This document shows positions 16,743-24,000 of a DNA stretch of 24,000 bases, one piece after another. How positions within the stretch are numbered: position 1 is the stretch's first letter; every line of letters starts with the position of its first letter. The notes below the pieces were generated by a model. The model saw nothing but the letters and a program-made list of their open reading frames with translations, searched no databases and had not been told where the DNA came from. The position numbers and the translations under genes were made by a program. Source of the DNA: Nanobdellota archaeon (lineage in GTDB: Archaea > Nanobdellota > Nanobdellia > Nanobdellales > Nanobdellaceae); NCBI GenBank assembly GCA_042850255.1, contig AP031373.1, positions 41,313 to 65,312 on the forward strand, written 5' to 3'.

Positions 16743-18755
16743 TTATATTAATATTAAAGCTCCCAATATTGCTCCAACTATTATTGGATATAATATTTTT
16801 TCTGATGCAACCACAAATGAAGGGCTCATTGGAGAGTATGTTACAATTAATTGATATTGATTTCTTTCCATGATATTATTATTTATTTTCATATTAACGA
16901 ACAGATAAGAAGATCCTATATAAAACGAATATACCGTAAATTTAATTATATATGACTGTCCGGGTTGTAAATTTGAGATAGTTATATTATTTATTTTATA
17001 GATTGGTATTTGATTATAATATAATTCGGGGGTATTTCCTAACTGTTGAAAATCAATTGTAAGATTACTTACATTTACATCTCCTATATTAGTTATATTC
17101 AATACTAAATAATAATATGGATTGTTTATATATAATTCAAATCCATTATTTACAGAATATATTAATTGGTTAGAATTTGGAGATACTACATATGCCTGTA
17201 ATTGAATTATATCTAAAAAAGGAACAACAGTAAAATTATAGGTATCAGATGCATAAGAGTATGTATTTGAGGCATTTATTGTTATATTATAAGATCCAAG
17301 AGAAACTGATGTAGAAGAAGTTATATCAATTGGTATTGAACATGAAGTACTTGTAGTAGTACATGAATTACCTTGAGGGAATGAACATGTAAATCCTGAA
17401 GGAGTATTACATGAAAATGTAACTGTTGTAGATGCACCTCCAGGATTATATATATTTGCTGTTGCTGTAGTAGATAAATATCCTCCTGGAGCAGAGGAAC
17501 CGGAAGAGGGACTAAGAGTTACAGACGAAATATATGTACATGTTAAGTTTGGATTCTCTAATGCATTTATATTTGTATTTTCAAAAATGAAGGCGTTAGT
17601 ATCGTTATATAAGAAATAATCTATTGTACTCTCACCATTTACACTAGTAGGATAAAATGCATTTTGAATACAAAAAACAGTTAGGTTATCAACAGTATTA
17701 TTTACTATAGTATAAGTATTATTATTATAGAAATCTGGAGGCAAACCAAATATATAATCTACTAATGAAGCATCCATCATAAAAAATGAGTTATTGTATA
17801 TATATGAATTGGCATAAATAGATGCGTAAGAAGTAGAAGCATTAATAGAAGAATTAAGATAAACAGCATAACTAGAATCATAAATATTAACATTAGAAAA
17901 TAAATTATTGTATAGATATGAATAAGCATAAACATTATAATAAGAAGTAGAGGCAGAAGAAGATGGATAGAAATATATAGCATAAGTAGAATTGTAAATA
18001 CTAACATTAGAAAATAAATTGTCATGTACATATGAATAAGCATAAGTATAGTAACTACTAGAAGAAGAGGAAGAAGATGGATAGAAATATATAGCATAAG
18101 TAGAATTGTAAATACTAACGTTAGAAAATAAATTATTGTATAGATATGAATCAGAAGATGACGTTGAAGAAGAGCTAGTAGATGAAGAAGAACTAGAATA
18201 AAAATAAATAGCATAATTTGAATTATAGATATTAACATTAGAAAAAGAATTATTGTATAGATATGAATAAGTATAGGCAGAAGGACCACTATAACCAGTA
18301 GAACTGATGGAAGAACTGAAATATATAGCATATCCAGAATTGTAAATACTAACGTTAGAAAATGAATTGTTAGTTATATATAAATAAGCAGGGACTGGAG
18401 GATTATAAGAAGAAACAGAAGTATAGGAAGAAGAAGATGGATAGAAATATATAGAATAACTGGAATAATAAATAATAATATTAGAAAAAGAATTATTGGT
18501 TATATATAAAGAAGAATAGGCAGAAGGAATATTGGAAGCTGTAGATTGATATGCATATGCCGAAGAGGATGGATAGAAATATATAGCATAAGTAGAATTG
18601 TAAATATAGATATTAGAAAATGAATTATTGGTTATATATAAATAAGAATAGACCGGTATATAATAATTATTATTGATAGTAGGTGAATATGAAGAAGAAC
18701 TAGAATAAAAATAAATAGAAATAAATAGAATAACTAGAATTATAAATATTAACAT
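16743..18755 (-). CDS. Repeat-rich surface protein, C-terminal part with C-terminal TM anchor (continuous with 18700..19485 after correcting a 10-bp duplication)
   Basis: Multiple 'YLYNNSFSNV.IYNS.YAIYFY.SSS' repeats (beta-helix-like), CARDB/Ig-like region, C-terminal hydrophobic ILYPIIVGAILGALILI. Confidence 0.75.
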   Translation of the reverse strand: MLIFIILVILFISIYFYSSSSSYSPTINNNYYIPVYSYLYITNNSFSNIYIYNSTYAIYFYPSSSAYAYQSTASNIPSAYSSLYITNNSFSNIIIYYSSYSIYFYPSSSSYTSVSSYNPPVPAYLYITNNSFSNVSIYNSGYAIYFSSSISSTGYSGPSAYTYSYLYNNSFSNVNIYNSNYAIYFYSSSSSSTSSSSTSSSDSYLYNNLFSNVSIYNSTYAIYFYPSSSSSSSSYYTYAYSYVHDNLFSNVSIYNSTYAIYFYPSSSASTSYYNVYAYSYLYNNLFSNVNIYDSSYAVYLNSSINASTSYASIYANSYIYNNSFFMMDASLVDYIFGLPPDFYNNNTYTIVNNTVDNLTVFCIQNAFYPTSVNGESTIDYFLYNDTNAFIFENTNINALENPNLTCTYISSVTLSPSSGSSAPGGYLSTTATANIYNPGGASTTVTFSCNTPSGFTCSFPQGNSCTTTSTSCSIPIDITSSTSVSLGSYNITINASNTYSYASDTYNFTVVPFLDIIQLQAYVVSPNSNQLIYSVNNGFELYINNPYYYLVLNITNIGDVNVSNLTIDFQQLGNTPELYYNQIPIYKINNITISNLQPGQSYIIKFTVYSFYIGSSYLFVNMKINNNIMERNQYQLIVTYSPMSPSFVVASEKILYPIIVGAILGALILI

Positions 18756-19485
18756 TAGAAAAAGAATTATTATTTATATAAGAATACGAATAAATGGAAT
18801 ATTCGGAAGATCCGCTATTTGCAGAGGTGGAAGAAGAAGAACTAGAATAAAAATAAATAGCATAATTTGAATTATAGATATTAACATTAGAAAATAAGTT
18901 GTTATTAATATAAGAATCCGAATAGGCGCTATTTGCAGAGGTGGAAGAAGAAGAACTAGAATAAAAATAAATAGCATAATTTGAATTATAGATATTAACA
19001 TTAGAAAATAAGTTGTTATTAATATAAGAATCCGAATAGGCAGCAAAGTTAGAAGAAGCTGAGAAGGCGAAAGAAGAATAGAAATAAATAGAATAACCTA
19101 CATTCAATATATTCAAATTATTTATAGATACATTTTCTATATTTGCACTTTTCGAATTATAATATATTGCATAACTATTTGTACTTTCTCCGGGACCAAT
19201 TATCCAATATCCATTCCCATTAATTATTACATTATTTGTTGTTATATTTATACAATAATATATACCTAGATTAGAATTATAAACAAAATTTGTTAAATTA
19301 TTTGTTAAATAATAAACACCTGGTTGGGATATTGTAACACCACAGGAAGATATGGGAGTTTGGGAATAAATATTATGATTAAATAAAAATCCAAATATCA
19401 ATAATGGTATGATATATATAAATTTCTTCATAAATATAATAAAATATTTAGAATTTATAAATATTCTGGATTTATGAAAGACCAC
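18700..19485 (-). CDS. Repeat-rich surface protein, N-terminal part with signal peptide (likely start at 19431)
   Basis: MKKFIYIIPLLIFGFLFNHNIYSQ signal-like start followed by the same repeats as the downstream ORF; ends out of frame in the overlap. Confidence 0.7.
   Translation of the reverse strand: MVFHKSRIFINSKYFIIFMKKFIYIIPLLIFGFLFNHNIYSQTPISSCGVTISQPGVYYLTNNLTNFVYNSNLGIYYCINITTNNVIINGNGYWIIGPGESTNSYAIYYNSKSANIENVSINNLNILNVGYSIYFYSSFAFSASSNFAAYSDSYINNNLFSNVNIYNSNYAIYFYSSSSSSTSANSAYSDSYINNNLFSNVNIYNSNYAIYFYSSSSSSTSANSGSSEYSIYSYSYINNNSFSNVNIYNSSYSIYFYLFLF
18711..18730. repeat. 10-bp perfect tandem duplication (ataaatagaa x2)
   Basis: Plus strand tagaataaaa|ataaatagaa|ataaatagaa|taactagaat. 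Equivalent positions in sister repeats carry one copy. Confidence 0.9.
18814..19047. repeat. Two tandem copies of a 117-bp (39-codon) repeat
   Basis: gctatttgcagaggtggaagaagaagaactagaat... starts at 18814 and again at 18931. Essentially identical copies encoding DSYINNNLFSNVNIYNSNYAIYFYSSSSSSTSAN. Confidence 0.85.
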
Positions 19486-19553
19486 ATATTCCTATATAAA
19501 TTATTTAAAATATGTTTCGTTTATTTCCTTCCTTTTATCAATATAACATAACT

Positions 19554-19635
19554 GCGGCGGAGGGGATTCGAACCCCTGGCGGATCTCTCCAATCGGACCT
19601 CAACCGACCCCCTTTGGCCACTCGGGCACCGCCGC
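19554..19635 (-). tRNA. tRNA-Leu (GAG)
   Basis: Reverse complement GCGGCGGTGCCCGAGTGGCCAAAGGGGGTCGG-TTGAGGT-CCGAT...AGGGGTTCGAATCCCCT-CCGCCGC, A73. Confidence 0.93.
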
Positions 19636-19740
19636 ATTATTATTTTATATCTAAAATAATTAAAATTTGTTATTTATATTATGAAATAGTAATAAAAGAT
19701 ATTATTTAATCTTATCAAGAAAGGAAAAGTAAAGATTATT

Positions 19741-21096
19741 ATGGAAACTGATGTAATTATAATTGGAGCAGGAGGTGGTGGATATCCTGGTGCATTTAGA
19801 TTGACTAAAAATGGATATAGAGCAACTATGATAGATCAAAAAGGAGAATTGGGAGGGAATTGTTTATATTCTGGATGTATACCTTCAAAAACTATTAGAG
19901 AATTAGCACAAATTATATATAGAAATAAAAAATTATTTAATAAAGATTTAAATATAGATTTTTCTTTTATTCAAGATCATAAAGACAGAGTTCAAGAAAT
20001 TAGATATAAACAACATAGAGAAGAATTAAAAGAATATGAAGAAAATCTAGAATTAATAAAGGGTAAAGCGAAATTATTAGATAATAAAACTGTAGAGGTA
20101 TATACTGAAGATAAAAAAGTAGAAATAAAAGGAAAATATATTATAATAGCTACTGGTAGTGAACCTGTAAAGATTGATTTTCCAGGATCCGAATATACAA
20201 TTACTAGTGATGATCTATATGGGTATAAAACTAAATTAAGAAAATTACCAAATGATATTACTATAATAGGAGGTGGATATATAGCAATTGAAACTGCAAA
20301 TATTTTAAAAAATCTAGGATATAATGTAAGAATATTAGTTAGAGGGAATAGAGTATTAAAAAATTTTGAAGACGAAATTGTAAATACGTTATTACCAATA
20401 ATAAATCTAAATATAATATATAATGCACAAGTTTTAAGAATAAATAAAAAAGGAGAAGATGAATATGAAGTAATATATAGTAAAAATGGAGAGATAAAAA
20501 GCTTTACTACTGGTTTAGTAATGCTAGCTATTGGGAGAAAACCAGTTTTGCCAATTGGGGCTAAGAAAATATTAAATATAGATAAAAATGGTTATATAAT
20601 TGTAGATAATCATATGAGAACAAATATAAACAATATATTTGCTACGGGAGATGTAAATGGAAAAGCTCCATATTTTCATACAGCGGTAAGAATGTCAATA
20701 GCTGCTGCTAATAATATAATGAAGAAAAATGATTACATAGAATATAAAAATATACCTGTTACATTGTTTACTACTCCTCCAGCATCATATGTAGGTATAT
20801 TACCTTCTGAAGCTAAGAAAAATAATATAGAATATATAGAAGCTAGTTATGATATGGAAAAAGATGCTATGGGTCAAATGTATGATGAAACGAATGGAAA
20901 ATTAAAGTTATATTTTGAAAAGAATACATTAAGATTAATAGGAGCATGGATGGTTGGTATAAATGCTGAATTTTTAATTAATGAATTGGGACAAGCAGTA
21001 GCAAATAATCTAACTGCAAAAGATTTAGCAAATTTTGCAGAAGAACATCCAACAACCAGTGAATTAATATCTTATACAGCTAGAAAAGTTATTTAA
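19741..21096 (+). CDS. lpdA: Dihydrolipoamide dehydrogenase-family FAD disulfide oxidoreductase
   Basis: IIIGAGGGGYPGAFR, GGNCLYSGCIPSKT redox disulfide, ITIIGGGYIAIETA, INNIFATGDV, EEHPTTSE C-terminal His-Pro motif. Confidence 0.9.
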   Translation: METDVIIIGAGGGGYPGAFRLTKNGYRATMIDQKGELGGNCLYSGCIPSKTIRELAQIIYRNKKLFNKDLNIDFSFIQDHKDRVQEIRYKQHREELKEYEENLELIKGKAKLLDNKTVEVYTEDKKVEIKGKYIIIATGSEPVKIDFPGSEYTITSDDLYGYKTKLRKLPNDITIIGGGYIAIETANILKNLGYNVRILVRGNRVLKNFEDEIVNTLLPIINLNIIYNAQVLRINKKGEDEYEVIYSKNGEIKSFTTGLVMLAIGRKPVLPIGAKKILNIDKNGYIIVDNHMRTNINNIFATGDVNGKAPYFHTAVRMSIAAANNIMKKNDYIEYKNIPVTLFTTPPASYVGILPSEAKKNNIEYIEASYDMEKDAMGQMYDETNGKLKLYFEKNTLRLIGAWMVGINAEFLINELGQAVANNLTAKDLANFAEEHPTTSELISYTARKVI

Positions 21097-21562
21097 CATC
21101 ATTTTTTAATTTTAATTTATATATTTTCTTTCCCCCTATTTTCATCCTTAATAAAAAGTATAAATTAATAGCAAATAATATATCGCTAACAATTAATAAT
21201 ATAACACCCATTTCAAATATATCTAAACTAAATATTGGGGCAACTGTTGCCAATATTATTGCAAAAGATCCTGTAGAACATGCAACCAAACAACCTTGCA
21301 ATCCTGCAAATCCGAATAACGCAGATATAAAAGATAACAAATTATTTTTGTAGAATTTTCTATACTTTATTATAATGTAAAATATTAAAGAGAAATTTAA
21401 AGAGAATAAAATAACAAATATATATGTTAAAATTTGAATATACAAAAATTCTATTAATAATCCTAATAATATAGATTTAATATATAAATATCCAATTATT
21501 GCAAAAATTATTAATAGAATTATTCCGATTTTACTTTTTATCATTTCTTTTAATATATTCAT
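21089..21562 (-). CDS. Small membrane protein with CLVAC motif, unknown
   Basis: 157 aa with about 4 TM segments; 3' end overlaps the lpdA 3' end by 8 nt. Confidence 0.55.
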   Translation of the reverse strand: MNILKEMIKSKIGIILLIIFAIIGYLYIKSILLGLLIEFLYIQILTYIFVILFSLNFSLIFYIIIKYRKFYKNNLLSFISALFGFAGLQGCLVACSTGSFAIILATVAPIFSLDIFEMGVILLIVSDILFAINLYFLLRMKIGGKKIYKLKLKNDVK

Positions 21563-21586
21563 TATACCTATTCTATACCTTAAAAC

Positions 21587-21593
21587 ATTTATA
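21587..21593 (+). promoter_or_regulatory. Putative TATA box for cysS (TTTATAA)
   Basis: TTTATAA lies about 25-30 nt upstream of the ATG at 21618, fitting a leaderless archaeal transcript; weak evidence in an AT-rich background. Confidence 0.35.
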
Positions 21594-21639
21594 AGTTTAT
21601 TTTTTCATTTATTAAAAATGGAAACAAACTCTCGGTGCA

Positions 21640-23061
21640 ATTTATATATATAATACATTAACAAAGGAAAAGGAAGTATTTGAACCTGTAGAATATCCTT
21701 TTGTAAAGATATATCATTGTGGTATAACCCCTTATGACTTTTCTCATATTGGTCATCTAAGATCAGAAATATCTTTAGATATAATAAGGAGAATATTTAG
21801 ATTCTTTGGATACATTGATATAGTAATTAGCAATTTTACAGATATTGATGATAAAATAATAAAAAGGGCAAAAGAATTAAATTTATTAGATAATTGGCAT
21901 TCAATACCAGAACAGTATATTAAGTATCATCTGGAGCAAGTAAAAAGAATAAAAAATTTGCCATTCTATGTAAATCCATTAGTTACAGAACATATAAATG
22001 ATATAGTATTATTTATAAAAGATTTAATAAATAAAGGATATGCATATAAAGGAAAATATAGTATTTATTTTGATGTAGATAAATATAACTATTATGGACA
22101 ATTGTCTGGAACAAAAAAAGAACAATGGAATCAAGAAACAGAATTACTAGAAGATAAAAAGCATTCTTATGATTTTGCCTTATGGAAATTTAGAAAAGAA
22201 GGAGAACCATATTGGAATACAGAAATAGGAGAAGGAAGACCAGGATGGCACATAGAATGTTCTACTATGTCTTCAAGATATTTAGGAGTACCATTTGATA
22301 TTCATTCCGGAGCTCAAGATTTAATATTCCCACATCATGAAAATGAAATTGCACAATCAGAATCTAGATTTAATGTACATCCTTGGGTAAAATATTGGTT
22401 ACACTTTGGATTTTTGAAAATAAAAGGAGAAAAAATGTCAAAGTCATTAGGGAATATTATACCTGCAAAAGAATTTTTAGATAAATATGGAGAAGATGTA
22501 ACAAGATTTTATATAGAATCTTATCATTATAGAGAACCAATTGATGTAAATGAAGAAAGTATAAATCAAGCTAAAGAAAATTATAAATATATAACATCTA
22601 CAATTAAGACAATAGTAAATGAAATAGGATCATTAAATAGAACATTCTATTTAGATGATAATAAGCAAAAGATATGGAGAGAATTATTGAATTATGAGAA
22701 AGAATTTATAGATAGTTTAAGGGATGATTTTGATACTGGAAAGGCTACCAAAATATTATTGGAAGCTACAAATTATATAAATAAAAATGTAATTGGATCT
22801 GAAACATTTACCTTATATTATACATCTTATGAATTCTATAATATTGCTAGTAAAATATATGGATTATGGGAAGATATATTTTATGGAAAAGAAAAAGATA
22901 ATACTATGATAAATAACCTAATAGATATAATAATAGAAATTAGAAAAGAATTAAGAAAGCAAAAAAATTATGAATTATCAGATAAGATAAGAAATATGAT
23001 GAGGAATATTGGTATAGATCTTTTAGATAGAGGAGATGAAACTATATATAGATTTATATAA
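21640..23061 (+). CDS. cysS: Cysteinyl-tRNA synthetase; true 5' end is upstream of the tracked start at 21958
   Basis: In-frame upstream translation IYIYNTLTKEKEVFEPVEYPFVKIYHCGITPYDFSHIGHLRSEISLDIIRR (HIGH motif) plus WHIECSTMSSRYLG, FPHHENEIAQSE, GEKMSKSLGN. No canonical start in frame after the stop at 21613-21615. Confidence 0.93.
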   Translation: MYIYNTLTKEKEVFEPVEYPFVKIYHCGITPYDFSHIGHLRSEISLDIIRRIFRFFGYIDIVISNFTDIDDKIIKRAKELNLLDNWHSIPEQYIKYHLEQVKRIKNLPFYVNPLVTEHINDIVLFIKDLINKGYAYKGKYSIYFDVDKYNYYGQLSGTKKEQWNQETELLEDKKHSYDFALWKFRKEGEPYWNTEIGEGRPGWHIECSTMSSRYLGVPFDIHSGAQDLIFPHHENEIAQSESRFNVHPWVKYWLHFGFLKIKGEKMSKSLGNIIPAKEFLDKYGEDVTRFYIESYHYREPIDVNEESINQAKENYKYITSTIKTIVNEIGSLNRTFYLDDNKQKIWRELLNYEKEFIDSLRDDFDTGKATKILLEATNYINKNVIGSETFTLYYTSYEFYNIASKIYGLWEDIFYGKEKDNTMINNLIDIIIEIRKELRKQKNYELSDKIRNMMRNIGIDLLDRGDETIYRFI

Positions 23062-23173
23062 ATTTTTATCTCAATATTTTATATGACTTGCAAAAGAGGT
23101 AAAAGAAAAAGTAAAAATAACTAGTATTATTATAATCTAATAATTTTTTAATCTTTTTATTAATTTTTTAGAA

Positions 23174-24000
23174 ATGGAAAATATAATTTACCCAGATTTA
23201 TCAATAATAATATTAGGACATGTTGATCATGGAAAGACTACATTAGCAAAAGCATTAACTGGTAAATGGCTATCAAAACATTCTGAAGAAATAAAGAGAG
23301 GATTAACAATAAAATTAGGATATGCAGACTTTACAATATATAAATGCGAAGAACATGGGTATTTTACTGAAAAAATCTGTCCTATATGTAATAAAGAAAA
23401 TAAACCTATTAGGAAAATATCAATAGTAGATGCGCCAGGACATGAAAGTTTACTTATGATAATGTTAACTGGTGCTGCAATTGTAGATGCTGCAATATTA
23501 GTTATTGCTGCAAATGAACCTGTACCACAACCACAAACATTGGAACATCTAGTAGCATTTAAATATTTGGGGAATAAACCACTAATAATTGTACAAAATA
23601 AGATTGATTTAGTATCAAAGGAAGAAGCAATGGAAAATTATAAGCAAATATTAAAACTATTGGATAAATTGAATATTGATAAAAATAAAGTAAAAATAAT
23701 ACCTATTTCCGCAATAAATAACATAAATATAAAATATCTATTAGAAGAACTTGTAGATATACCAAAACCTGAAAAAGATATAAATTCTGATCCTATATTT
23801 TTAATATCAAGATCTTTTGATGTAAATAAGCCTGGAACTGATATAGAAAAATTGGTAGGAGGAATTCTTGGAGGAAGTTTATTAAAAGGAAAAATAAAGG
23901 TTGGCGATATAATTGAAATAAGACCTGGATTATTTTTAAATAATAAATGGATTCCTATAAAAACAAAAGTTGTATCGTTAAGACAAGGTGATATGGATGT
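23174..24000 (+). CDS. eif2g: Translation initiation factor aIF2 subunit gamma (partial, continues beyond the window)
   Basis: Not in the ORF track (no stop in window). MENIIYPDLSIIILGHVDHGKTTLAKALTGKWLSKHSEEIKRGLTIKLGYAD...VDAPGHESLLMIMLTGAAIVDAAILVIAANEPVPQPQTLEHL...VQNKIDLVSKEE. Confidence 0.95.
   Translation, partial: MENIIYPDLSIIILGHVDHGKTTLAKALTGKWLSKHSEEIKRGLTIKLGYADFTIYKCEEHGYFTEKICPICNKENKPIRKISIVDAPGHESLLMIMLTGAAIVDAAILVIAANEPVPQPQTLEHLVAFKYLGNKPLIIVQNKIDLVSKEEAMENYKQILKLLDKLNIDKNKVKIIPISAINNINIKYLLEELVDIPKPEKDINSDPIFLISRSFDVNKPGTDIEKLVGGILGGSLLKGKIKVGDIIEIRPGLFLNNKWIPIKTKVVSLRQGDMD

Noticed and set aside
16666-16854. Plus-strand 62-aa ORF
   Set aside because: Begins inside tRNA-Leu(CAG) and runs antisense to the surface-protein 3' end.
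17777-18331. 184-aa minus-strand ORF (MLYISVLPSVLLVIVVLLP...)
   Set aside because: Out-of-frame shadow of the repetitive surface-protein gene; its Leu/Ile/Met repeats are the +1 reading of the Tyr/Asn/Ser repeats.
18774-19046. 90-aa minus-strand ORF of tandem repeats
   Set aside because: Same cause: alternative frame across the 117-bp repeats of the surface-protein gene.
16900-19100. Repeats considered as a possible CRISPR array
   Set aside because: Repeats are in-frame protein-coding units with variable lengths and no regular unique spacers; no cas genes nearby.
19512-19709. Plus-strand 65-aa ORF
   Set aside because: Runs through the tRNA-Leu(GAG) gene; not coding.

Overview
AT-rich, gene-dense archaeal window. 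The gene content, short proteins and tight overlaps look like a reduced DPANN/Nanoarchaeota-type genome; this lineage call is inference. Recognisable genes: 5' end of a family B DNA polymerase (runs off the left edge), rtcB, a vapB-like antitoxin with a broken vapC, an ExeA/Orc1-like AAA ATPase, a ttuA/ncs6-type tRNA thiolation protein, a GT2 glycosyltransferase, rpoN (Rpb10), a YchF-type GTPase, a freestanding HTH+LAGLIDADG endonuclease, an untracked AbrB-like small ORF, Alba, S17e, pyrophosphatase, a NOL1/NOP2/Sun methyltransferase, a diverged aldehyde:ferredoxin oxidoreductase (AOR)-family protein, a repeat-rich secreted/anchored surface protein, dihydrolipoamide dehydrogenase, cysS, and aIF2-gamma (runs off the right edge). 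Five intact tRNAs were read by hand (Gln-TTG, iMet-CAT, Arg-TCG, Leu-CAG, Leu-GAG), plus a likely C/D box sRNA that abuts a start codon. Observations most worth a second look: (1) the surface protein is split into two ORFs by an exact 10-bp tandem duplication, and removing one copy restores a 910-codon frame, so this is a candidate phase-variable locus; (2) an AOR-family protein that has lost the Fe-S cysteine ligands and part of its C-terminal domain; (3) a cysS with no in-frame canonical start; (4) a frameshifted, start-less vapC beside an intact vapB; (5) the C/D box sRNA. No CRISPR array or clear multi-gene defence system was seen.
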